A stretch of DNA of 63,269 bases, counting the filler, from Chiloscyllium plagiosum (lineage: Eukaryota): NCBI RefSeq assembly GCF_004010195.1. It is 4 parts of one record of this genome, joined end to end, with 100 filler letters (N's around TTAATTAATTAA, not from the genome) between each part and the next. Parts side by side here need not be neighbours in the genome. Positions count along the whole stretch, not along the records: positions 25,983 to 40,697 come from NC_057714.1; 3 more parts are not named here. One strand, given 5' to 3'. Below the pieces are notes generated by a model. It did no database searches, was not told the DNA's origin, and saw only the letters and a program-made list of their open reading frames with translations. The position numbers and the translations under genes were made by a program. Shown here piece after piece: positions 26,674 to 39,323 of this stretch. Every line of letters starts with the position of its first letter. Within the stretch, counting starts at the first letter, position 1.

Positions 26674-27497
26674 CACCACACACTGCAGCACAGAGGAACT
26701 ACGTAGAACAGAGGAAAATCACCTATACAGTGTATTCAAAAAGAACGGGTACCCAATGAACACAGTCCGCCAATTTCGGTACCCAATGAACACAGTCCGC
26801 CAATTTCTCAGCAACAAACCCAAACAAGCAGACAAAACACTTTCAGAAACCCTAGCCACCCTCTCCTACATCAAAGACATCTCGGAAATGACTGCCAGAC
26901 GACTTAGACCCCTTGGCATCATGGTAGCCCACAAACCCACCAACACACTAAAACAGCAGCTAATGAACTTGAAAGACCTATACAGACAACAAGCAAAAGT
27001 AATGTCGTTTACAAAACACCTTGCAAATACTGTAACAAACACTACATTGGACAAACAGGCAGAAAACTAGCCACCAGGATTCATGAACATCAACTAGCCA
27101 TAAAATGACATGACCCACTCTCACTAGTATCCTTACATACAGATGTGGAAGGACGCCACTTCGACTGGGACAGCACATCCATCCTAGGACAAGCCAAGCA
27201 GAGCCATGCACGAGAATTCCTAGAAGCATGGCATTCCAACTGGAACTCTATCAACAAACACATTGACTTGGATCCCATTTACCAGCCCCTGAGAAAAAGA
27301 ACAGGAAATGACATCACCAGAGGAAACAAAGTCACCACAGGAAATGACATCACCAACCCAAGGAAACCTAAACTCAGTAATAGAAAGCGGGCCATGCCAC
27401 CAGTGCTTCATCCGGAGGCTCATTGATCATGTTATCTGGTATGGTGACGAAACATCTGAAAACGAATCTTCTAGCTCAGCGAGCAAACCTACATCAG
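26674..27497 (+). mobile_element. PLE (family A-related) 3' portion with 10-bp TSD
   Basis: Encodes KNGYP, LSYIKDISEMTAR.LRPLGI.VAHKP, C..CNKHYIGQTGRKL..RIHEH (GIY-YIG) and HFDWDSTSILG..EFLEAWHS. TSD AATATGGAGC at 26664-26673 and 27498-27507. Degenerate hammerhead at about 27423-27457. Confidence 0.92.
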
Positions 27498-28713
27498 AAT
27501 ATGGAGCGCATTTGGCAAAACCTTTTTAAAATGACAGTCGATTCTGACTCTGCTGGTCTGAGAAGAGGCAGATCCCAGGTCACTAGTGGCATTGTGCTGT
27601 AATTTTATGTACTTTGTGTTGCTAATGTTTTATGATAATTTTGAATTAACTTAAAATTTGTATTGTCCCTTCTCTGGTTTTGCACAGCTTCCAATTGTTT
27701 CAAAAATGTTTATAAATTTTCTAAGGCCTCCGTCACAATTTAAACATACTTCTTGTATCTTCTTTGTGTCGCATTTTTTTCTCTTGAATGTTTTCCAAAT
27801 GCTGATTGGTTGGATGTCAGCCACACTTCAGTCTGTTTGTATCTTTGGGAAAATTTCTAGGTTGGTATAACACAAAAAGCTTGTTATCAAATAAAAAATT
27901 GAAAAGTCAAGTTCATACCATTGTTCAAGTATTTGAACTTTCTCCTCAAATCTGTTTTGAGTCTTTGAGGTTAGCTAACATCTTGTTTTTGAATTGAATG
28001 TATTTTCTTTGCAACAGGGTCATGGAATCTCCCAAAGGGTCTTAGGAAAGTTCAAGGCCACCCAGCTACTTTTCTGAGACAGACATCACAACTGCCACGC
28101 AGTTTGCAGATCCCTGCCTGGTCCTTTCTTTGTCCCTGCCAATCCCATTAACATTCAACTTGATGGCAGGGACCCCTGTATCGAACCCTATCAAGATATG
28201 TGGTGAGCCTCTTCTGGAATCTGTGCATTCTTCTGGTCATTAATTGCTGAAGGTTTCTATTGTCAACATTATGTACTACTGGTCTTCCAAAACCTTTGTG
28301 TCAGACAGAAGACATCACCTCCCCCTGAGAGGCTTTGAAAACTTATAATGGATTGGTTGGTTAGCCAAGGGTATTAGCTTACCATTGCAGTGACCTGTCA
28401 CACTCCCTTCCTGATTCTCATGGCCTCTACTGATGCCTCTAATATCTCTGGATGCTGTTCAACTGGGTCAGGGTCCATATTCACAAGAGGGCGTGGAGTT
28501 TGGAGGCAGAGCTAGCTCTCCTTGCCAGGCTATTTCCCATCCTGTTTACTTTGACAATCCTGGGTGCAGTGACCCCGTTGATTGCAATGGAAGCAGCACA
28601 TTTTGGATAGTCCTTCTTCTTGCAAGATCCTCAGGTGGTCCAAATTCTGGCAAGGCAAGGGGCTGTCAACAACAACTATATTCCCAAACTCCCATGTCAC
28701 TAGGCTCCGTCAG

Positions 28714-30514
28714 GAGAAAGTAAGGACTGCAGATGCTGGATATCAGAGTCGAAAAGTGTGGTGCTGGAAAAGCACAGCAGGTCAGGCAGCATCCGAGGAG
28801 CAGGAGAGTCGACGTTTCAAGCATGAGGTCTTTATCAGGAATGAGGGGGTGGCACAAGGGGGCTGAGAGCTAAATGGTTGATGGGGGGGAAGGCAGCTGG
28901 GAATGCGTTAGGTGGGTGAATGTAGGGGTGAAGGTGATAGGTTGGATGGGAGGGTGGAGCAGATAGGTAGGAAGGAAGGTGGACAGGGAGGACAGTTTAA
29001 CAGGGTGGTGCCGAGTTGGAAGGTTGTATCTGGGATAAGGTGGGGGGAGGGGAAATGATAAAACTGGTGATAGCCACGTTGATCCCGTGTGGTTGGGGGG
29101 TCCCAAGGTGTCGGGTGACTATAGTTTGGCAGTGGAGGAGGCCCAGGACTTGCATGTCCTTGGTGAAGTGGGAGGGGGAGTCAAACGGTTCGACAACAGG
29201 GCAGTGGGGTTTTTGAGTGTGTGTTGTCCCAGAGATGTTCTTTTCAACATTCCTCAAGTTGGTGTCCTGACACCCAATGTAGAGGAGACCACATCGAGAG
29301 CAACGGACACAGTCACACAGAGGATGTGTGTGGAAGTACAGGTCAATCTGTGTCGGATGTGGAAGGATCCTTTGTAGCATTGGACAGGGGTGCGGGGGGA
29401 GGTGTGGGTGTAGGTTTTGCAATTCTTGCGATGGCAGAGCAAGGTGCTGGGAGGGGAGGGTGAGTTGTTGGGGGCGGATGGACCTAACAAGGAAGTTGCG
29501 GAGGGAATGGTCTCTGTGGAATGCAGCTAGGGTTGAAGAGGGAAATATATCCCTGGTGGGGAGGGGGTCTGTGGCAGAAATGGCAGAGGATGATGCGTTG
29601 CATTCGGAGGTTGGTGGGATGGAAGGTGAGAACCAGTGGGGTTCTGTTCTTGTTATGATTGGAGGGGTGGGGTTTAAGGGCGGAGGTGTGAGAAGTGGAG
29701 GAGATGTGCTGGAGAGCATCATTGACCACATGGGAGGGGAAATTGTGGTCTTTGAAGAAGGAGGCCATCTGAGATGTTCTCTGGTGGAATTGGTCCTCCT
29801 GGAAGCAGATACAGTGGAGGCAGAGGAATTGGGAATAAGGTATAGTGTTTCTACAAAGGCAGGGTGGGTGGAGGTGTAGTCCAGGCAGCTGTGGGAGTCA
29901 GTGAGTTTGAAGTAGATGTCCATGTTAAGTCGGTCGCCAGAAGTGGAGATGGAGAGGTCCAGGAATGGGAGGGATGTGCTTGAAATGGTCCAGGTGAACT
30001 TGAGGTCAGGGTGGAGGGTGTGAGTGAAGTTGATGAACTGTTCAACCTCTTCATGGGAGCAGGAGGTGGCGCCAATACAGTCATCAATGTGGCGGAGGCG
30101 AAGGTGGGGAATGATGTCGGTGTAACTGCAGAAGATGGACTGGTCCACGTACCTGACGACGAGGCATGCATAGCTGAGGCCCATGCGGCTGCCCATGGCT
30201 ATCCCTTTGATCTGGAGGAAGTGGGGGGATTCAAAGGAGAAATTGTTGAGGGTGAGGACCAGTTCGGCCAATCGAATGAGTGTGTTGGTGGGAGTGTATA
30301 GTTAGGTTGGCAGGAGAGAAAGAAACAGAGGGCTTGGAGGCCTTCGTCATGGCAGATGGCTGTGTACAGGGACTTGATATCCATGGTGAAGATGAGGCAT
30401 TGGGGGCCAGAGAAACTAAAGTCATGGAGGAGGTGGAGGGCGTGGGTAGTGTCCTGAATGTATGTGGGGAGATCCTGGACCAAGGGGGACAGGACGGTGT
30501 CAAGGTATGCAGAA
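28714..30514 (-). mobile_element. PLE family B, 5'-truncated 1.8-kb copy (RT plus GIY-YIG plus pseudo-LTR), frameshifted
   Basis: RT motifs FTMDIKSLYT, QIKGIAMGS, RHIDD and LPFLDL; GIY-YIG remnant RCSRCGLLYIG. TSD GCTCYGTCAG at 28704-28713 and 30515-30524. Confidence 0.93.
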
Positions 30515-31952
30515 GCTCTGTCAGCATAATGGATCAACTCATTCCAGATCAGCATTTTCCTATTGCATGCACTCAATATACTACAGACTGATGGCTGGAG
30601 TTCTTTCAGAAAGACTTTGTCAAAATTTGGAGAGTCACAATATTCACCTCCAACTGGGTCCTCTCACTCATCTGACCAAGTCTTTTGGTAAAAGCCAAGA
30701 AGTCTCACTGCAAATACATTGGGTCTTTCAGTGGGTGACTGTTTGACACTAATACATACTTACTGGAAATCAATATTTGTTTACCCAGTGCTCATTTTAT
30801 GTCCTTCTCTCGTTCTGTAAACAGGCCTTTTGCCATAATATCCAGGCTCAGTTCTCTTTTTAAGTCTGGGGAGCTGAAAGCTAGGAGGATCAGTTTAAAA
30901 TCATCATTTTCCAACTCCAAATGTGAGATTCTAAACATTTTCCATTTTGGCACGAGGAAGGATATTCAAACTCACATCTATCGCAATACCCAGTTCTTCC
31001 CTCAAGACCCCAACCTCTGCTCGTAACAGGGATCAGTGTGCGGTTGTCCACTTCTCTTTAACCTCACTGCGTGTCATCTCCTCACCTCGCTCTTGTTCAG
31101 TTTTCACTTGTGACCACACATACCAGCTTTATTTCACTGTACAAAGGAGAGAGGAAAGATTGCTTTCAACTGCACAGTCCCAACAAAGCTTGCAATCACG
31201 AGAGAATACCACCCTTGCACTTTCTTTTCCTGGATATATCAAGGTTAGTTATTTACCTTACTAACAGACAATGAAACTATCACTGCTTGCTGTGAGCTGA
31301 ATTCTGCCTGAGGTCTTTATAAATGTGGCTTTACAATGGATGTGTTCTCCTTCAGGGAAAGCAATGCATTTTTGTCAAATTTGGTCTCATAGAGCACCCC
31401 TTGCAGCTTTTACTTCTTCCCTCAATCTTGCATTCTCTGCTTGCACGTCACTGTCTTGTTCCAGTATTTTCTCCACGTCTTTCTATAGTGGCCTCATTGC
31501 ATGTTTCTATCTCCCATCTTAATTGAGTGTGTAAGCTGTCACTTTCCCTTGGTAATTCGTTCCGAGACTCCTTGTATATTTTAGTCAGCTACAAAGCACA
31601 TGCATTGGGACCATAGAACAGTTTATTATGGACTTTCTTTAACTTAATCTTACTCTTCTGAACTTCCTTAGAGAGTCTGTCAAAAATAGACTCATAATTC
31701 CCATCACAGCCTTCTCCCACACCTAATACATTATTTGCTCCAGCTGCCCTGGCTTTCACAATCACATTTTCTATCAACTGCTGTCGAGCAAATGTCAAAG
31801 CCATTGAACCTTTCTGGCTTCACTTAAGAAATATTCTACATTCATTTAACTACAATCTAAAACTGTTGCTTCCTAACTCTCAAGTTTAAAGCCAATGAAA
31901 CGTAGACTGCTGTGATACCCCACTCCTGATTTTCAAGTGTCACAGAGTTTCA

Positions 31953-32270
31953 AGAATCATAGAATCCCTACAGTGCGGAAATAGGCCCTTCAGCCCAACA
32001 AGCCCACACCGACCCTCCGAAGAGTAACCTACCCAGACCCATTCCCCGACCCTATATTTCCCCTGACTGTGCGCCTAACCTACACATCCCCGAACAATAT
32101 GGGCAATTTAGCATGGCCAATTCACCTAACCTGCACATCTTTGTGACTGTGGGAGGAAACAGGAGCACCTGGAGGAAACTCCACACAGACAGTTGCCCGG
32201 GGCTGGAATCGAACCCAGGTCCCTAGCATTGTGAGGCAGCAGTGCTAACTACTGAGCCACCATGCTACCC
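31953..32270 (-). mobile_element. HE1-type V-SINE
   Basis: tRNA head (gtggctcagtagttagcactgctgcctcac; gggttcgattcc), V-domain tttcctccaggtgctcctgtttcctcccacag and CR1-like tail. Confidence 0.9.
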
Positions 32271-32454
32271 TCTTTGTGACTGTAGTTACTTAATGTGGGC
32301 TGTTGACAATTTGTAGCAACTTTCTGATAGTTTCTTGACTCTGTTAGAAGCAGCAGTTTAGATATGATACATTAATTAGCAAGACAAGGGAGGTATACAA
32401 CTGTGACAGATGAGAATGTTTCACTGATCCTGAAGCCATACTATACAATGGAGG

Positions 32455-32645
32455 CGCAGAGGTGGTGGTTTTGAAGTCTTCGTCCCTGGTCATGTGGTGA
32501 GTTTAACTTGAGGGTCAGGTGAGGGATGAAGTTGAGAAGGCAGGACCTCAACCAGTGTGGGGCTGCATTGTTGGTGTCACTCTGCATCACAAACCAGCCA
32601 TGCAGCTGGTGCAGATGCAATGGGCTGAATGGCCTTCTTCTGTAC
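32455..32645 (-). mobile_element. Degenerate SINE (same family as 1030-1225) abutting a CR1 tail remnant
   Basis: Shares motifs with 1090-1195; atgggctgaatggccttcttctg CR1 tail on the + strand at about 32620-32642. Confidence 0.5.
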
Positions 32646-33469
32646 TTTAAATTGACTATTTCACTCTGTTTCTCTGTACCCTTTCTGTTGATCTCTACAA
32701 CAAGCAGCATGAAGTGCAATTAGTGGTGTGAGAGGCACAAATATAAGTCAGGGTCTTGTGCTCCTGAGGAAGCAGAGTATTGACAAATCTGAAACACTCT
32801 GTTGGCTAGAGATGGTTGCATTGCAAAAGAAAAGTAAAGAGCAGTTTGGATTAGCAACTGCCTAATTGCACAATGTAGGAGCTGATCAATGTGAACCCAC
32901 CACCCATTTGATGGAATCGGTGTGAAACATGGATAAGGGATAAATCATTTTAGCATCAATAAAAGGGAGCATTTTCTGAGGGTACTTGGCTTAAAAAACA
33001 ATTGAGTGCCAGCATGATTTCTGCATTCATGGAATGTCCTCTAATGGTTTGTTTCTCAGGAACACTGATTAGGCTGTAAGTACTGATAGAAAGAGAATCT
33101 TAAAAATTACATCTGTTCCCTAACCCTGATTTGCATCTTTTAATGAGAAATCTTCATTCCCTGAAACAGGCAGGAAGCTTAGTTCAATGATTGGCTGGAA
33201 ATTTCAGCAGCAGGGGTTGAATAGTAATTAGACCCCTGCCATTTTCTATTTGCTATTGTACTGTTTACACATGAAAAGGGGAAAGACATCAACTTAAATG
33301 CATTTTGGGATAAAATGTTACCTTTTGATGGTAGTAAAATAAGGAGAGTAGTGTGATGGTTGTTTTTTTTTTAAATCACAAACTGTTCGTTCCTGTTTAA
33401 TGATCTGCCTTACTAAACCACACAAGACCAGTTGTACAGGTAAATCACAGGTGATACTCAAGCTATTGG

Positions 33470-33600
33470 GGCCACCTACAGCACATGACTGCAGTAGCTC
33501 AAGAAAATAGCTCACTACCAACTTCTCAAGGGCAACTAGGAATGGGTAACACATGCTGGCCCATCTAGAAACGCTGACATCCCCTGAATGAATTAAAAAA
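33470..33600 (+). mobile_element. LINE 3' tail fragment
   Basis: gactgcagtagctcaagaa..agctcactaccaacttctcaagggcaactaggaatggg..gctgacatcccctgaatgaattaaaaaa; similar tail at 56040-56160. Confidence 0.6.
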
Positions 33601-35334
33601 TGCCAAAAACTTACACCATACTAGAAGTGGCAGATTGAAACAGTCACTTAACCAATCACCAGATCTGCTGGAAAATAAATTTATGCAATTATTTAATTAA
33701 TGCTCCACCTTATCATCTACTAGTGATATTGACAATGATAAGTGGCAGATACTAGTGGAATCACTTCCACTCAATATTGGTTTCGGTAACTCTGAAGCTC
33801 CCTTGAATTATTGATCCAGTTCAGTGCTGAATTAAAGGTTTGTTCCGATGCTGTGCGCTTCCCAAACCATTCCAAGTGCAGCTGACATTGACATAAATGT
33901 TCTGGACAGCCAATCTACTACTTTGCTATTCTGACCTGAATAAGTATTGTTTTTTTAAGAGGAACATTACTGGAGGAATTTATTGCACCCCTGAAATCAA
34001 CCTCAGAGAAGGGCGTTGCCTTAAAGAAATGGGTGGAGGCCCCATTACATTCCAACTTCCCCTATAAAGTGAGAAAGGTCAAGGACATAACCACATCTGG
34101 AAACCAATCGAGATCCTGAAGCATCCTGTTCCCAAAGGAGGAACTTAACCAGCAGTTTGAAGGGAGCTTTGGAAATTACCAACCCTCCTCTTAATAATGA
34201 GCTTTCTTGTCTTCCTCCCACTCCACTCCACATAGGGGTTTTTCCCAGTCTGTAGCTGGTGACCTCACCCACTTACCTCAGCGCTTCAGCGAGAATCTTC
34301 AGCCTTCGGCATCCTGCAGTACCAGCAATTGCCACCACCTCTGGTGGCACTGCTGGTATTGGAGATCTGATAACCTCTGATTAGCTGAACTTTGTCTAAG
34401 GCAGGATGTCCGGCCTGCACCAGAATATGCACATTTCTCCTGCTGGAGCTAGAATCCCATTTCTCATGGGATTTAATTCTGACTGAACTCCCAGAGATGA
34501 CCACCGTAGAATTGCCACTGTCTATCCAGCCAATCAATTAGCCCACTACCGCCACTATTAAATTGCACTCGAATTTTCAGTTCAAAACATTGCTGTTAAA
34601 ATATGATATATTATAAACTTAAGGATCCAGTGTCTCAGTTATTTAATTACAAATTAATGGCAAGAATTAATTACAAAAGATGTGTTTGTTTTTTGATTTA
34701 CAAAGTATTATAACAGCTGCCTATTGTACCTTTCTGAGTATTGTTACACCTTAAACAGTCCAAGCAAATTAATATATGTACCACATGCTATCAAAAACTG
34801 CTACAAAATAAAATGAAAGCTCTTTTTAATGAGAGAAACCAAGCCATTCATTGTGCACACTGCCTTCCATGGAAAGCGTGGTAAAAACACTAATCAACAC
34901 TTAAAATGTTAATTTTATTGGCATTTTTTCTGTCATTGCAGTATGTCTTTACTGAGTCTTTTGTAAAGTGAGTGTAAAATCAACTGCAAGTCTCCCACTG
35001 ATTACAGAGCATCCTGCCATGTACTGAAACATTGGAACAGACAGTGACAGCTTGATGATATGTACATTCCAATACACTTGGTACAAAATGTTTTTAGCTA
35101 ATGGCAAACCTGGCTATTACTTATCAAGTAGTTTAAAATAAAACTTCTGCAATTCTGTCAGCTTGATTGCCTAATAATTTTAAATATGCCTGAATGTCAC
35201 GTGGAAATAGTTTTCTTTCATTCCCACTTTCAGTGTTCAGTCTACGAAATAGATTGTTTTCAAAGTTTGTGCGAAGATTTGTAGCTCGGGTGCTCGTTGT
35301 TGTGGTTCTGTTCGCCGAGCTGGAAGTTTTTGTT

Positions 35335-35374
35335 GCAAACGTTTCGTCCCCTGGCTAGGCGACATCATCAGTGC
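35335..35374 (-). ncRNA. Minimal hammerhead ribozyme motif (family A)
   Basis: Minus strand gca-CTGATGA-t-gtcgcct(agcc)aggggac-GAAAC-GTT-tgc. Confidence 0.7.
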
Positions 35375-35694
35375 TTGGATCCGCTGACCAGGTGTCATAA
35401 ATAATTGCATAAATTTATTTTACCTAAAGTACACAAACCAGACATCCCACTCAGACCCATAGTATCACTACCAGGGACACCATCATACAAACTGGCCAAA
35501 GAACTACAACAGAAACTGAAACACCTGGTCAGCGGATCCAAACACTCTATACAATCAACACAGGAATTCTTGGACATCATCAGAAATATACACATAGACA
35601 AAGAAGAAACCATGATATCATTCGACATGACGGCACTGTTCACTTCGATTGACAAAACCCTAGCCAGAGAAAAGGCTTCGCAGGAGGCTCCCAA

Positions 35695-35734
35695 GAACTG
35701 ATGATGTCGCCTACCCAGGGGACGAAACGTTTGC
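35695..35734 (+). ncRNA. Minimal hammerhead ribozyme motif (family A), stem I weakened
   Basis: gaa-CTGATGA-t-gtcgcct(accc)aggggac-GAAAC-GTT-tgc. Confidence 0.6.
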
Positions 35735-36308
35735 AACAAAAATTGCTTCCAAGTCCCTGAGCACTGGAATATTAACAGACTAAATGAATGAACGAAGTGA
35801 GGCTCATAAATGCAATTTGCATGAGCCTTTGTTGGAGTATCATTTGAATACAAATCAATTTATTGAACAGAACAAAGTTTCCAAAATGATATCCTTGAAT
35901 TAATACAAAGTAATTTATAACACACACAAACCTGTTCAGCTTTCCATATTTTAGGATTACTGCTTTCCTCCCCAACACTGCTCCTGAATTTAAGCTGAGA
36001 TTAGACACACGTCATAATTGGGAAGATGAAGCTTTACCTTCATCAACCCAAACGCTGAATTTTGGGAAGATTTCCCTTTAAAAATGCAAGTCAATTGCAG
36101 CAGAGCACAATTCGCCTCAATGTGGGATTCAGGTAGGAATCAGATTGAACCCAACACAAGGGGTCTGACCTTATTCTGCCATGGATCATTTCATTATCTG
36201 CTTCTTTGTCCTGTCTGTGTTGGAGATGGCAGCATCGGGAAGTGGACCAGCTCTTGGGCAGAGGACTCCAGAAGAAGCAGTTGCCAATTTACACCAAAGT
36301 AGAGCCAG

Positions 36309-36511
36309 TGCGGAGACATTTCTTCAGCCAGAGAGTGGTGGGTCTGTGGAATTCATTGCCGCGGAGTGCAGTGGAGGCCGGAATGCTAAATGTCTTCAAG
36401 CCAGAGTTTGATAAATTCTTGATGTCACAAGGAATTAAGGGCTACGGGGAGAATGCGGGTAAGTGGAGTTGAAATGCCCATCAGCCATGATTAAATGGCG
36501 GAGTGGACTCG
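36309..36511 (+). mobile_element. CpG-rich CR1 3' fragment inside the PLE composite
   Basis: Encodes RRHFFSQRVVGLWNSLP..AVEA..FK.E.DKFL...GIKGYGE.AGKWS*. It is cut before its tail and fused to the pLTR. Confidence 0.88.
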
Positions 36512-36602
36512 ACAGCTGAAACTGACAACCGGAAGCGGCAGGGAAAGACCACTATAAACACCGGAGGAAACATCAAAGAAGCGCTTCGCAGGAGGCTCCC
36601 AA

Positions 36603-36642
36603 GCACTGATGATGTCGCCTAGCCAGGGGACGAAACGTTTGC
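36603..36642 (+). ncRNA. Minimal hammerhead ribozyme motif (family A)
   Basis: gca-CTGATGA-t-gtcgcct(agcc)aggggac-GAAAC-GTT-tgc. Confidence 0.72.
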
Positions 36643-37048
36643 AACAAAAACTTCCAGCTCGGCGAACAGAACCACAACAATAGATTGTTTCTCAGACAAA
36701 GAACTAACATGTTGTTTCACAGATATGCCAAAGAAAACTTTTCTTGGCATTCGCAAACATGGAAAATAGAAATTTAGATTTCACATTAACTGAGGTACAT
36801 TTCGATCAGAATTTCTGCAGGCCTCAGAGAAAAGAGGCTGACAGGACAAAGAAATAGTGGCATTTCCTGTGATTGTAACCAATTAGGCTAATTAAGAACC
36901 TTGTTAACCTGTGTCCAGTCTGCCTCCAGTTTCCAGAACCAATGGAGGGCTGTTTGACTGCCTTCTGTTGAGCCCACAGTGGCAGCTTAATCCTCTAGTC
37001 AGGCTTTGAGGCCCTCCCTGCTTTCCTGAGTGTGGCTGCTGTTTGGAT

Positions 37049-37275
37049 TGTAATGAGGTCAGTCAGACGGACCTCATAGCATATGAGTTTCCTGAGTGAT
37101 GCTGTTAATCTGGTCCAGTCATGGAGCCCTGGCTGACAGATATAAACAGGAGTGTCAGAGAGTCTGTTCACTCTGAGAGCTGGCTCTGAGGGAGCTGGAT
37201 CAGTGTCAAGGACTCTCCACATGTAAATAAAAGGTGACTTGGTGATGGGATACCGTCCTCTGTGGAGTTATTTCA
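37049..37275 (+). mobile_element. Probable solo LTR (227 bp)
   Basis: TGTAATGA..TTATTTCA imperfect terminal inverted repeats (TG..CA), TATAAA at 37141, AATAAA at 37226; only GAT is shared by the flanks. Confidence 0.6.
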
Positions 37276-37351
37276 GATGTGCCCAAAGGCTGTACAGTAG
37301 AAGGCTTTCACCCCACTCCTTGCACTGGTGTTCCCCCCCACCTCCAGAACG

Positions 37352-37457
37352 GTTCCAATGAAGGGTCACCGGACTAAAAATTTTAACTCTGTGTGTGTCT
37401 CTCTCCACAGATGCTGCCAGACCTATTGAGTTACTCCAGCAATTTCAGTTTTTGTTT
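37352..37457 (+). mobile_element. Older PLE (family D) pseudo-LTR fragment
   Basis: atgaagggtcaccggact..ttaactctg..ctctccacagatgctgccagacct. Confidence 0.55.
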
Positions 37458-38892
37458 ATCTGAGTGCTCTTCTAAATTTATAGAAGCTACAGGAAAGTGC
37501 CCAGGTTCATCACAGATAAAGGTCATCAATCGCAGCTCGAGGTAATACTATTGAATTTGACACGGAAATGTTTTGCTGTCCTATTTGAACTGGACTCATT
37601 GTTTGTCTAGGTTGCCTGACATTGGCAGATTTGCAGTCTATTCAATTCAGATCCAACATTACAGCATGATGAACTACATCCAAAGTTAATAAAATAAAAC
37701 ATCAAGCATCAAGTTGGGACAAAAAGGAGGTTGCAATAAGATGTTAGTCATCGACACAAACAGTACACCGGGGTTGAAATTCCAACTGAAACCCAATTTT
37801 ACTGAATCACACATCACATTCACAGTTTCCAGATTAAAAAAAAACTAACTTGTGATTAACACATCTTTGAATCCTTAATTAAAACTTTTCTTTATTCATT
37901 TTGCTGTGCAAAACTGGATGCTGTTTTCTATCATGAATAAGGTATACATACAGTTATAAGATTAACTGAGTGTCCTGTACATAGCAATCGCATAGAATCA
38001 TAAAATGGTTCGAACACAGGAGGAGGCAACTCAGCTAGGCTCGATCTTTTCTTTCCCCATATTCATTAATCTATATTCAGGAAAGGTCTAATATTGACCA
38101 CATAGAACACTTCCTTCAATTGCAAAATGACTGTTCACTACAATCTTCTCTTTCCTGTCACTCAACCGTTGTGTCCATCATATTACGGACGTGCAATTGA
38201 TGACTGCCACAGCAGTGGAGTGGCACTAATCAATGTCAGAATTAATGTCCTATGTAACTGCCCATGGCAAACTATTCCTCACATCCTTCTCATCCTACCT
38301 ACAGGCTTTGACTTGGTTGTCCTTGCCATTCTTGACCTCAGCCTCGCCTACCTCATCCGGTTGGCTGGGGTTGGACTCTCCAGACTCAATTTCTATCCAT
38401 CACAGCAGGCAAAGGATATGGACTGGCTTTTCTTCTTACTTAGGCAATATTACCTCTATCATCACTTTAGATGTATCCTTGCCCCCCTTCTACCCTCCTC
38501 AATGATGTTATCTGAAATGTTGGAAATTGGGGTCCCCTTTAACCCCGTGCCCACTTAGTATTCCATATTCAATATTTCATGTGGAGCATGAGACCTCAAA
38601 TAATGGTGTTCGAGCAATAACAAACCTTTCACAAGCATAAACAAAGGATTTATCAGGTGACACCTGACCATATTATTTGAGTGGTTTCAAAATTAATTTG
38701 TTCTTAGAAGACATGGAAATTAACCTTCAACTGTAAGTGGGCAAGGGGACAACGGTCAACCAACATCAGGAGTAGTTGTCTCTTTGTCACTGGCCAAAAG
38801 GACTCAGACATTTGTTGGCGCCACATAAATTATCAGCTCCGAGAGATAAGAGCTATCAACAAGTGTTCAGGGCCAGAGGGTTGTCCTCACCA

Positions 38893-39323
38893 GGCAGACC
38901 TCGTAGGGAGCAGTCCTCATTGGGTAGTCTTCATTGTGTAGTCCCCCTTGAGCAGTCTTTACTATGCATTATCATTGGGCAGTCCTTGTTAAGCAGTCCT
39001 CATTGGACACTCCTTGTTGGGGGATCCTCATTGAGCAGTCATCATTTGGCAATCCTCATTGGGTGGTTTTCATTGGGCAGTCCTTTTTGGGCAGTTCTCA
39101 TTGGGCAGTCCTTGTTGGGCGGCCGTCATTGGTCGGTCCTCATTGAGCACCCCTTGTTGGGCGGTCCTCATTGGGCGGTCCTCATTGGGCACTCCTTATT
39201 GGGCGGTCCTCATTGGGCAGACCTCATTGGGCGGTCCTCATTGGGTACTCCTTGTTGGGCGGTCCTCATTGGGCAGTCCTCATTGGGCGATCCTCATTGG
39301 GCACTCCTTGTTAAGCAGTCCTC
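38893..39323. repeat. 14-bp minisatellite (GGGCRGTCCTCATT), about 30 copies
   Basis: Directly visible tandem units, with recurring variants such as GGGCACTCCTTGTT. Confidence 0.95.

Larger units (their letters stand above)
35260..36678 (+). mobile_element. Composite PLE family A insertion carrying non-PLE cargo, 12-bp TSD
   Basis: TSD AATAGATTGTTT at 35248-35259 and 36679-36690. Order: inverted pLTR 35260-35378; RT fragment 35422-35672 (PKVHKPDIPLRPIVS..SFDMTALFTSI); pLTR/hammerhead 35673-35750; unique DNA; CR1 piece 36309-36511; pLTR 36511-36678. Confidence 0.85.

Noticed and set aside
28997..30271. 424-aa ORF as an intact functional RT gene
   Set aside because: It is 5'-truncated, shifts out of the RT frame midway and has YIDD changed to HIDD; a dead PLE copy.
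36181..36472. Protein-coding exon within the family A cargo
   Set aside because: The recognisable part is the CR1 ORF2 end; the upstream part matches no protein I recognise.
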